Assembly (NCBI GenBank): GCA_963827755.1
Contig: CAWHCQ010000011.1
Span: forward strand, 151,531 to 215,530
Length of the DNA: 64,000 bases
From: an uncultured Gammaproteobacteria bacterium
GTDB taxonomy: Bacteria > Pseudomonadota > Gammaproteobacteria > UBA9214
Direction of reading: 5' to 3'
This document shows positions 12,019 through 22,019 of the stretch, piece by piece; the stretch's first letter is position 1; every line of letters starts with the position of its first letter. The translations under genes were made by a program, and so were the position numbers. The notes beneath the pieces were generated by a model that saw only the letters and a program-made list of their open reading frames with translations, did no database searches and was not told the DNA's origin.

Positions 12019-12471
12019 TTAAAATTCTATCCAGGTAATGATGTGATCTTCCAGCTCTTCCTTGAGAACATCTGTTTCGCTCACGGTTCTGCCGTGTACG
12101 GAAATACCGGCCCGACGCACACTCTCCGGGTCGCCTGATAACAAGGGGTGCCATGCCTCCAGCTGCTGGCCGTTTGCCAGGCGTCGATAGGCGCAGCTCG
12201 CTGGCAGCCAGTCGAACTGCTCCTGCCTGTCGGGGGACAACAGCATGCAATCGCTGACCAGGGACTCGCGCTCCGGGTAATTCGTACAGTGGCACGAATT
12301 CTCATCCAGCAGGCGGCAGGCAACATTTGTATAAAACAACAACCCTGAATCAATATCTTCCAGCTTGTGCAGGCAGCAGCGGCCGCAGCCATCACAGAGC
12401 GACTCCCATTCTCCCGGGGTCATCTCCTGCAGTGATTTTGTATTCCAAAATGTCCGGGCTTCTGTAACCAT
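12019..12471 (-). CDS. ycgN: YcgN family cysteine cluster protein
   Basis: EWESLCDGCGRCCLHKLED, WLPASCAYR, WHPLLSG. Confidence 0.9.
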   Translation of the reverse strand: MVTEARTFWNTKSLQEMTPGEWESLCDGCGRCCLHKLEDIDSGLLFYTNVACRLLDENSCHCTNYPERESLVSDCMLLSPDRQEQFDWLPASCAYRRLANGQQLEAWHPLLSGDPESVRRAGISVHGRTVSETDVLKEELEDHIITWIEF

Positions 12472-12542
12472 GGGCAAGGTGTCCATTCCTGTTGCTGATG
12501 ATTATCCATGAAAAGCACTCTCTTTGGCGAACAAGGTCGACC

Positions 12543-13799
12543 ATGAGCCTGGAGCGGCAGAAATGGGGCTGGGCGATGTATGACTGGGCCAACTCGGCCT
12601 TCGCCACCACGGTAATGGCCGGTTTTTTCCCGGTATTTTTTAAAGACTACTGGAATGCAGGACTGGATCCGGTAGACAGCACTTTTCGACTGGGTATCGC
12701 CAATTCCCTCGCCAGCCTGCTGATCGTGCTGCTGGCGCCGCTGCTGGGGGCCGTGGCAGACAGGCTCGCCTGGCGCAAGGCCATGTTGCTGGCATTTGCA
12801 TTGCTGGGTTCGCTGATGACTGCGGGGCTGTACCTGGTCGGACAGGGAGACTGGCAGCTGGCCATGTTTCTTTATATTTTCGCCGTCATCGGTTTCTCGG
12901 GCAGTAATATTTTCTATGATTCCCTGTTGCCGTTTGTCAGCCGCGAAAAGGACATGGACAGGGTCTCCGCACTGGGGTTTTCACTCGGCTACCTTGGTGG
13001 TGGCGTGCTGCTTTCATTGAACGTTGGCATGACCCTGCATCCGGAATGGTTCGGCCTGTCAAGTTCAGTCAGCGCGGTGCAATGTTCATTTCTTGTTGTC
13101 GCTGCCTGGTGGCTGGTGTTTTCCATCCCCCTGTTCCTGTTTGTCGAGGAACCGGATGGCATCCGATCGAACTTTTCCGTGCAGGTGTTGCTGGCAGGAT
13201 TCCGGCGTGTCTGGCAGACACTGCACGAGGTCAGGCAGTTACGAAACGTATGGATGTTCCTGGTGGCCTACTGGCTGTATATCGACGGCGTCGATACCAT
13301 TGTCCGCATGGCGGTTGATTACGGAATGTCACTTGGATTTGACAGAAACAGCCTGATTCTTGCGTTACTGCTGACGCAATTTACGGGTTTTCCCTCGGCC
13401 TTGCTGTTTGGCAGGCTGGGCGGCCATTTCGGGGCAAGAGCCGGCATCCTGTTCGGCCTGTCCATTTATGTACTGGTAACGGTGTGGGCATCACGCATGT
13501 CGACAACCGCAGAATTCTATTACCTGGCAGTCATCATCGGATTTGCACAGGGCGGTGTTCAGGCGCTGAGCCGGTCACTGTATGCGCGCATGATTCCTGC
13601 GGGACGCAGTGCAGAATTCTTCGGTTTTTATAATATGCTCGGCAAGTTTGCCGCAATTATCGGTCCTTTTATGGTGGGCTGGGTCGGCGCGCTGTCCGGT
13701 AATCCACGTACCGGTATTTTATCCTTGCTGCTCTTGTTCGTGGCCGGTGCGGCCTTGCTGCTGAAGGTCAGGGAGTCTGGCCCTGCCCGGTCCGTATGA
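12543..13799 (+). CDS. MFS transporter, UMF1/Atg22-like family
   Basis: WAMYDWANSAF start, FYDSLL, QALSRSLY, about 12 hydrophobic segments. Confidence 0.9.
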   Translation: MSLERQKWGWAMYDWANSAFATTVMAGFFPVFFKDYWNAGLDPVDSTFRLGIANSLASLLIVLLAPLLGAVADRLAWRKAMLLAFALLGSLMTAGLYLVGQGDWQLAMFLYIFAVIGFSGSNIFYDSLLPFVSREKDMDRVSALGFSLGYLGGGVLLSLNVGMTLHPEWFGLSSSVSAVQCSFLVVAAWWLVFSIPLFLFVEEPDGIRSNFSVQVLLAGFRRVWQTLHEVRQLRNVWMFLVAYWLYIDGVDTIVRMAVDYGMSLGFDRNSLILALLLTQFTGFPSALLFGRLGGHFGARAGILFGLSIYVLVTVWASRMSTTAEFYYLAVIIGFAQGGVQALSRSLYARMIPAGRSAEFFGFYNMLGKFAAIIGPFMVGWVGALSGNPRTGILSLLLLFVAGAALLLKVRESGPARSV

Positions 13800-14068
13800 T
13801 TGTCATTCACCGCAGCCAGGCAGACGGGCGGCATCGGTTGCCGGTTTTGCAGGGCGGAACCCTGTTTTTATGCGCTGAAAATACAGTATGTGTTATTTCA
13901 TCGGCTGTCTGGATACAACATACTGTGTTCGGAGGCGTCCTGGATGTGTTCCAGGAAATTTTATAACCGACTGAATTTTAGTAATTATTTGAATATGTAT
14001 AATAAAAACAATATAATATCTGTGCTAATTATTAAACCAATTATAAATCGACCCGAGGAGTTCGTGTC

Positions 14069-14969
14069 ATGCATGATTATGTCGACCTGTTGCAACGACG
14101 TCTGCAGCATCTCAAGGTAAGTCACGATGCCTCCTCGAGAGCGATATGGGTCGAATTCAAATACGATAACCGTCCCTGTTTTTCCACTGAATTGCTCGAG
14201 GACGTCTGGACCGTGCAGCGTTCCATCCGCCAGGCCGCCCTGTCCGGCTATCATGAAAATCGTGATGACAGGCTTCTCTTTCAGGTAATCGCTTCTACCG
14301 ACAAAAACGTATTCAGTATGGGGGGTGACCTGGCTTACTTTATCGGGCTGATCGAGGCGAATGATGAAGAAGGTCTCAGGGACTATGCGAAACGTTGTAT
14401 CGACATTCAGTACGCCACTATAAGTCATTACGATATACCGTTTACAAGCATTGCATGCGTGGGCGGGGAAGCCCTGGGCGGTGGATTCGAGGCCGCGTTA
14501 TCAGCCAATGTGCTGGTTGCCGAGCAGCAGGCACGCTTCGGTTTCCCGGAGATTACATTTGGCATGTTCCCCGGGATGGGCGCTTTATCGCTGCTGACAC
14601 GAAAGATCAACCCGTCAATGGCGCGCCGGCTTAGTCATGGACCATCGTATCTACACAGCTGCAGAATTATATGAAATGGGTGTGGTCGATATCCTGGCAG
14701 CGGAAGATGAAGGGCGAGCCGCTGTCAATGACTATATGCAACGCCACATATCGCTGGCCCCCGGATACCACGGTTTCCAGGCGGCGATTGACCGGGTTAA
14801 CCCGGTTAATTATGAAGAAATGTGTGACGTTGTCGGGCTTTGGGTGCAGGCTGCGTTACAGACTACCGAAAAGAACCGGCGCCTGATGGCCTACTTTGCC
14901 CGCGCCCAGGCAAGACGAAGTATCAGTTCTGAAAATATGGCTGAAGTCGTTGATTATAATTCAGCCTGA
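14069..14969 (+). CDS. rpfF: DSF synthase RpfF-like crotonase (apparent frameshift near 14633)
   Basis: FSMGGDLAYF, ALGGGFEAALS and FPEITFGMFPGMGA (both catalytic Glu); continues in the 14637-14969 ORF as YTAAELYEMGVVD; convergent with an rpfC-like gene. Confidence 0.88.
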
Positions 14970-14984
14970 TCAATAAATGATTTG

Positions 14985-17570
14985 TCAGTTGAGCGCGGCC
15001 CTTTTCTCAAATGCAGTTAGCTTGATCTGAAGCAGCTGGACAGCGTCATCTGTTGCGCGACTGATGGCCTGCGCATGTGTAATACCTTTACTGTCAAATT
15101 CATCAGCACCAATGTTCTGTGCAACCTTGCTGAGATATGCGAGCCGGGTTAGCCCAAGGTAAAGTGCACATCCCTTGAGGGCATGAGCATGATCGCTGAA
15201 CGCAGTCCGGTTATGAGCAGCTAAAGCGGATTCAAGGCCCTCGAGATCATTTCTTGCATCGGTTTCGAAATTCCTGATCAGTTCGATAACGAAATCATAA
15301 TTTCCTTCTGTAAGGTTCACGAGTTTTTCAAACTCCTCAGCATCCAGAACCGGAAATGATTCCAGGTCAGGGTCCGGCTGCGTTTCCTGCGGTTTCGCTT
15401 CGGTGGAAAACACGGCATCTGTATCATCAGTATGTAAGGATGCGAAGGTCTCCTGGAGCTTGAACAGTGATACAGGCTTGGTAAGGAACAGGTCAATTCC
15501 AGCGGCCTCGCAAGTCGCCCTGCATTCTTCAGTAGCATCTGCTGTAAGGATGATGAATGGAATGGGCGGATGACCGCCATGCGCAAAACAGTAGGCCTGG
15601 TAGGCTTCAATTCCTCCAAGATCCGGCATATTCTTGTCGACGATTACTGCATCGTACGCGCTGTCCTCAAGTGCGGTAAGGATTGCTTCACCACCATCTA
15701 CGATGGTGTACTGGTGCCCGAGTTTGTCGAGCATACGCTGCAATACAAGCCGGTTGGTCGCGCTGTCGTCGCCAACAAGAATACGTAAGGGTCTGCCTGA
15801 TTTCTGTTCAATGACCTGTTGGTGTGAGAAGTGAATCACATCGTCCTCCTTGCTGTGCCTCGAATAACAGGCATGTAGTACATTGATAAGAATATTTCCC
15901 TCCAGTGGTGGCTCCAGGACGAAAACCTGGTCCTGATTATTTTCATTGATGTTGACTGGATACTGCTCTGTCCCGATGAGGATTATTTTCACCCCGTCGG
16001 GGATGCTCGTATCCTCACCAGAGAGTATTCCCGCGAGTTTCTGCTCATACGGCATACTGTCTATTATCAGGGCTGTATGGTTGCCCTGAGTGAATAGCAG
16101 CCGGCCTGCCTGATCGAAAGTTGTTGCCAGATCACAGGGCATGTTCCATTCTTTCAGGCTGGCGGGGATGCTGTCCTCTGCATCTGCCTGCGGGTTTAGA
16201 TACACTACCCGGCATCGGCTGGTCCATGCCTGACCGTTCACGGCCGCAGCCCGGGTGTTGGCCGCAAACGGGATATCGAACCAGAAGGTAGAACCCACAC
16301 CCGGGGTACTCTGTACACCGATTTGTCCGCCCATCAATTCGACAAGGTTCTTGCAGATGGTCGTGCCCAGCCCGGTGCCGCCATAATTTCTCGATACGCT
16401 GCTATCGGCCTGGGTGAATGGTTCAAAGATCGCCTGGATCCGGTCTGCAGGTATGCCCGTGCCTGTATCGGCAACCTCGAATCTCAATACGGTCTGACCG
16501 GTGTCAATATCGCGTGGATATATACGTATGGAGATGATTCCCTGTGCGGTAAACTTGATAGCGTTTCCGACTAAATTGATAATGATTTGCTGGAGTTTAT
16601 CCGGGTCACCGGTTAGCAGAAAGGGCGTTCGCGGGTCAATTATTTCCTGCAGTTGCAGGCGTTTCCCCTCTATCTGGGGCTGAAAAATTCGCATGGTTGT
16701 GTTGATCAGGGCATAAAGATCAAATTCAATTTGTTCCAGTGTTAATTGACCGGCCTCGATTTTTGACAGGTCGAGAATCTCGTTAATCTGCCGTGCGAGA
16801 GCATGACCGGAAGCATAAATGGTGTCAACATATTCCCTGTCTTCAGGTTCCAGCGGTCTTAATTTCAGCAAGTCTGTCATGCCAAGAATGCCGTTAAGCG
16901 GGGTACGGATTTCGTGTGACATACAGGAAAGAAAATCACTCTTCGCGCGGCTTGCGTCATCTGCGCGCTGCCGGGCTTCGTAGAGTCGTCGGATCAAGAC
17001 GGCGGAATAGGCCGGGATCAACAGTAAAGTACATGCTAGGCCAATTGCCAATTCTTGCGTGGGTCGTCCAGTAAGGGGTGAATTTTGCAACAAATGCAAA
17101 ACCTAGAAGTGATACAGAGGCAGACAGATAAAGATATTTCTCGCCGTAGCGGAACCCATTGCCGAGTGTTACCCAAAGGTAAACACCAAACCATGGTGCG
17201 CCCATATGGTCCAGTTACATAAAGTCCATAACTTAATAGCCCCAATATCTCACAAGATACCTAATAATTCGTCTTGAGGAGGATGGCATATTGCCAGATA
17301 TGCTAGAGAAGATGTGAGATAATAATAGTGCAAAATCAGGAATGATCAGGATAAACCAATATTCCTTTTGACCAATAGTTCAGATACCTGCGTTATCCTC
17401 ATGGTTTAATTATCAAATAAATAGATCATGAAAGCGATAGGGTATAGCGAGTACGTAGTACTGCTTGTTCTTGCTCAGGAGATCCTGTCCAGCCAATCAG
17501 ATCTTAGGCACATCTTGAGCTTATGCAATGAGTCTTTGCTTGGAGAATTTTGTGCCTGGGCTGTAGTCAT
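14985..17570 (-). CDS. rpfC: RpfC-like hybrid sensor kinase (TM-HisKA-HATPase-REC-HPt); 5' transmembrane part broken by several frameshifts
   Basis: [12 protein letters not shown]-box, G boxes, [11 protein letters not shown], HPt HALKG; upstream fragments EQEQAVLR and [13 protein letters not shown] resemble the RpfC/RpfH sensor region; start at 17570 is tentative. Confidence 0.82.
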
Positions 17571-17656
17571 TGCTCTTTTTTAACCTGCACTGGAAGGTAT
17601 TCCTGTTAACAAGACGGATAACGGCAGCGCAGGTATAATGCTTTAAGCGTCATTCT

Positions 17657-17914
17657 GTGGAGAATAATTGCTTGTTGCAAGATACTGTAATTAAAGAAAT
17701 ATCTTCTCATCTCAAGTGCCGGCCTGGAGATATCACGCTGGACATGCGCCTGGACGAATTGGGGATCGATTCACTGGGGGCTATTACTATCATGTACGAA
17801 CTGGAAGACCGGCTGGATGTTGAAATTCCCAATGAAGTCTTTGATAAACTCACAATAGTCAATGACATTGTGAATCAACTGGAACTCCTGCTGGGAAATA
17901 GAAATTCGGAATGA
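17657..17914 (+). CDS. Dedicated acyl carrier protein (NodF-like)
   Basis: LGIDSL phosphopantetheine Ser motif, acidic 85 aa, overlaps the ketosynthase start. Confidence 0.9.
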   Translation: MENNCLLQDTVIKEISSHLKCRPGDITLDMRLDELGIDSLGAITIMYELEDRLDVEIPNEVFDKLTIVNDIVNQLELLLGNRNSE

Positions 17915-19132
17915 CAGGCCGGGTTGTCATTACAGGCCTTGGCAGCGTCTGCGGACTGGGTGTCGGTGTTGCGGCTTTCTGGGATGCTCTCTGCCGGGGA
18001 CATACATCCATCGGGCCGCTGACAGGATTTGCGGACGATGTAAAGATTCAAACCGGTTCTCGACTGGAGGGTTTCCAGCCGGAGCAATACTTCCCGCGGG
18101 ATGTACTGCCACTCCTTGATCGTTTCTCGCAGTTCGCACTATTGGCGGCACGGGAGGCTGTCGAGGATGCCGGGCTTGCTGCAGGCAGTGAAGATCCTGA
18201 GGCAGGCGGCCGCCATTATCGGGACGGGTTGTGGCGGAAAGCAGACGGATGAAGAAACTTATACAAAGCTCTACAAGGAGCAGGGCAAGCGTGTCCACCC
18301 GCTGACCATTCCCAGGGGTATGCCCAGTGCAGCAGCCAGCATGGTCAGCCAGCAGATTGGCATCAAGGGCCCGGTCTTTTCGGTTACCAGTGCATGTGCG
18401 TCTGGCGCCCATGCAATCATCCAGGGCCGCATGATGATTCAGTCGGGGCTGGTGGATATTGCCCTGGTCGGGGGGACCGATGCCCCTTTCACCTATGGTC
18501 TGTTGAAGGCCTGGGAAGCCTTGCGGGTCGTGTCGAATGATACCTGCCGTCCATTTTCAAGCGACCGGTCCGGCATGGTGCTGGGAGAAGGCGCCGGGAT
18601 GCTGATCCTGGAGTCTGAACGGCATGCAAGCCGGCGTGGTGCGCGTATTTATGCCGAATTTGCCGGTTGTGGCATGTCATCTGATGCAGGTCATATTACC
18701 CGTCCGGATATAGACGGTATTTCCAGGGCGATAACAGCTGCCCTTGAAGATGCCGCATTGCCCACAGAATCGGTGGATTACATTAATGCACATGGTACGG
18801 GTACGGTTGCCAACGATCTGGCTGAAACGCAGGCGATAAACAGGGTATTTGGCAGGCATGCCGGCGCCCTGGCGGTTTCTTCAACCAAGTCGATGCATGG
18901 GCATGCGCTTGGGGCAGCCAGTGCGCTGGAACTGGTTGCCACAACCCTGGCGGTGGTAAACAACAGGATACCGCCTACGGCAAATTTTACAGGGCCCGGG
19001 GAGGGATGTGATCTGGATTATGTGCCCAACCTGGCACGAGAGAAACAGGTTGATGTTGCCCTGTCCAATGCATTTGCCTTCGGTGGATTGAATGCCGTCA
19101 TAGCATTGAAATCCTGGGTGCCCGGTGGTTAA
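17911..19132 (+). CDS. Beta-ketoacyl-ACP synthase, NodE/FabF-like (apparent frameshift near 18192)
   Basis: RVVITGLG, TSAC catalytic Cys, NAHGTGT, TKSMHGH, SNAFAFGG; MPSAAA and LKAWEA.R motifs as recalled for NodE. Confidence 0.9.
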
Positions 19133-20213
19133 TTAGCCAGGTTTTCTAAACAGGTAGTGGCTGTTACCGTAGACTGTGCCTTCCATGGGCGCGAAGACGG
19201 CCTTGCAGAGTGAAAAGTATTCATTCCAGTGGGCGATTGCCCTGGTATCAAAGACCGATTTGTACAGGGAAGGGATGTTGTTCCAGTAGCGCCTGTGCCA
19301 TTCATCCAGTGTCCGCCAGTAATTAAGTCCATTTATAAACCAGTTTCCTTCCAGGTCGAGAATGGTCTGTATGACGAAAGAATTCGGCATGAGGCCAGAC
19401 TCTTCCACCAGGGAAATATATACCAATTCTTGTCTTAGTTGGGTCTAGAAATTGTGGGATGACAATCTTTGAGGTAATAAAATGATTGAATGATCTGCCG
19501 CCTGGAATGAGTAGTTTACTTATCTTTTCATGTATCAGAGCTGCATGTTGTATACATGCTCAAATACTGCAACTGGATATTACAAGATCGATAGTTTAGA
19601 TTTCCCAAGCTTCATTAAAGGTAGTTTGTTCGAAAGTACCTTCTATTAATTTAAATTTCCCACTACCTAGAATAGTCTGACGGATTTTGCAATCGTTCTG
19701 TCTCAGGTATGCGATTTGTACAGTGCTTGGGGTAATGCCAACAATCTCAAGATCGGGAAATTCCTCTAAAAGATAGGTCTCGAGAGACCCAAACCCACAG
19801 CCAATGTTGAGAATGCGCTCATGGCCTTCTATTCTTGCGCGTTTTGCAATCAGCGCGAACTTGGCCCGTTGTGCTTCTTCCAGTGATGCGCTGGAGGAGC
19901 GAATTATCTCAGGGGATTCACCATAGTAGGCCATTGAATAGGCCATGTATCGCGTATCAAGAAAGCTTGCAAAGAATTCCGGCCGCTCATCATAGTGGCT
20001 GTCCATCAGGGCTTCTGTTTCTTCCATCATCGGGCCCTGGTCTGTTGATATGCCCAATGATTGGAGAGTAACAGGGTTATCTGAAAGGCGCCTGTATTCA
20101 CGCTCGAAGTAGCGGACCAGATGGTCTTCATGCCTGGCAAGTTCATCGCTACCCGGGCCAAAAATATTCTTGCTGGCGAGCAGGTCGCTGATTTCTTTAT
20201 CGAGAATTGCCAT
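19133..20213 (-). CDS. Class I SAM-dependent methyltransferase, CFA-synthase/CMAS family (several frameshifts)
   Basis: HYD, YS, LEEAQRAK, LNIGCGFG; manual reading of 19426-19600 gives VFEH and IYFPGG; C-terminal YWRTLDEW..WNEYFSLC. Confidence 0.82.
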
Positions 20214-20331
20214 CAGATATTCGGATTACTGATCCTGTTGCAGGATATCGCTCGTGGAATGTGAGCGAGTGTAACCCATAATTTGCAAACTGGCAGCAGC
20301 CAGGATCAGGGGGGTAAGAGTCGTATGGACC

Positions 20332-21390
20332 TTATCGACTGTGTGCCAGTGGCTTGTCCGGCAGCATGCCGTGTATTTTTGTTATCTTGTCGAGTTGGGT
20401 TTTGAAGGCCGTAAAACATTCCGGATCAAAGTGCTTGCCGCTGTGGTTTTCCATGTATTCAAGCGCGGCTTGCATGGACCAGGCATTTTTATAAGGGCGA
20501 TCAGATACCAGTGCATCATAGACGTCGGCGACGGCCACGATGCGTGCCTCAATCGGGATATCTTTACCTTTTTTGCCGTAAGGGTAGCCGGTGCCGTCGA
20601 ATTTTTCATGATGCCCGAGTGCGATAATGCCGCCCAGCTGCAGGTACTTTGAAGGACTGTCCTTCAGAATCTCATACCCGATTGTGGTGTGATTCTTCAT
20701 TATCTCGAATTCTTCAGCCGTCAGTTTACCGGGTTTGAGCAGGATACCGTCCCTGATGCCAATCTTGCCGATGTCGTGCATGGGTGCTGACATTTCAATG
20801 ATTTCTGCATCCGCCTCGGAGAATCCCATTTGTTCTGCTATGAGACGTGAATACTTCGCCATGCGAATAATGTGATTGCCTGTTTCCTCGTCCCGATATT
20901 CTCCGGCCCTCGCCAGCCGCAGCAGGGTTTCACGTTCGCGTAATCTGATTTCACTGGTAGCCTCGGCAACACGTCGTTCAAGCCAGCGGGAGCGGTCGCT
21001 GATAATCTTGTATTGCTGCGACTGGGTCAGCAGGTTGCGGCAGCGTGCGCGGCATTCATAGTGGTCAACCGGTTTCATCAGGAAGTCGGTGGCCCCGGCC
21101 TCCAGCGCATCGTAACGCACTTTTATGTCTTCAATGGAAGTCACCATGATGACAGGGATATGAGCGCAGGCCGGGTTGCTACGGAACTTCCTGATAAATT
21201 CAACGCCATTCATTTCCGGCATCTTGTAATCCACCAGCACCAGGTCGGCGGCTCTTTTTACCGTCCATTCGAGCGCCTCTACCGGGTTCGCAAACGCCTC
21301 TGTAACGAGGTTTCGCTCAAGCGTACTGACCAGCTGTTGCAGGATTTTGCGGCTGGTAAGCTGGTCATCAATGATCAGAATTGTCGCCAT
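20332..21390 (-). CDS. rpfG: RpfG-like REC + HD-GYP c-di-GMP phosphodiesterase
   Basis: REC domain (IIDD, LVDYKMP, KP) then YRDEETGNH, HDIGKIG, HHEKFDGTGYP; in the rpfF/rpfC cluster. Confidence 0.88.
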   Translation of the reverse strand: MATILIIDDQLTSRKILQQLVSTLERNLVTEAFANPVEALEWTVKRAADLVLVDYKMPEMNGVEFIRKFRSNPACAHIPVIMVTSIEDIKVRYDALEAGATDFLMKPVDHYECRARCRNLLTQSQQYKIISDRSRWLERRVAEATSEIRLRERETLLRLARAGEYRDEETGNHIIRMAKYSRLIAEQMGFSEADAEIIEMSAPMHDIGKIGIRDGILLKPGKLTAEEFEIMKNHTTIGYEILKDSPSKYLQLGGIIALGHHEKFDGTGYPYGKKGKDIPIEARIVAVADVYDALVSDRPYKNAWSMQAALEYMENHSGKHFDPECFTAFKTQLDKITKIHGMLPDKPLAHSR

Positions 21391-21716
21391 ACGAATTCAC
21401 AAGTACCTGTCAAAATCCACGATAAATGCCTTCAAGGCCGCCCGTCTTGTCCCGGGTGCCCGGCCCGCAAACCAGAATAATGTCATAACTATATGATGTA
21501 ATATATGAAACATATTCTGTTACCCGACAAAACATGCTATCGGCAGAAGCGCATATATATTGAGTCTTGATACCGGGCTTGATTCCGGGCCGGTTACCGT
21601 TCCCTTGAAATCTCAACCGCCCGGTTAACTGGTCAAATTACCCTGTGCAGCCGGCCATCCTTGCAGCAGAACGCATGCCCGGTAGAATGTCGCCGAAAAG
21701 AGCCCGGGAATAGAGT

Positions 21717-21941
21717 ATGGTTGATGATCGCAAGAATGAGCCAAAAGTGCCTTCGTTTCTGGACGTGCTGGGAAGCGTCCTGGCGAGTATGTTCGGTGTG
21801 CAAAGTAATCGTAAGCGTGAAGAAGACTTCACCCACGGGAAGCCTTCGCAGTACATCGTCATCGGCTTGATCGTGACGATAGTTTTTATTTTGACAATCT
21901 GGGGGGTGGTCAAGCTGGTGATGAAGCTGGCGGGTATCTAG
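21717..21941 (+). CDS. DUF2970 family small membrane protein
   Basis: SVLASMFGVQSNRKREEDF motif plus C-terminal TM helix. Confidence 0.85.
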   Translation: MVDDRKNEPKVPSFLDVLGSVLASMFGVQSNRKREEDFTHGKPSQYIVIGLIVTIVFILTIWGVVKLVMKLAGI

Positions 21942-22019
21942 TTGCGGTGTGCCGGGAAGTCACCACCTGACAGACGGTCATATCTGAACCACCGTCCTTC
22001 ATTAATAATGCAGTAAAGG

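Noticed and set aside
13800-14068. AT-rich stretch with short ORFs upstream of rpfF
   Set aside because: It is most simply the rpfF promoter region or island edge; no coding or RNA structure evidence.
17657-19132. Nodulation (Nod factor) or type II polyketide cluster
   Set aside because: No nodABC, chain-length factor, cyclase or reductase genes are nearby; the context is rpf signalling.
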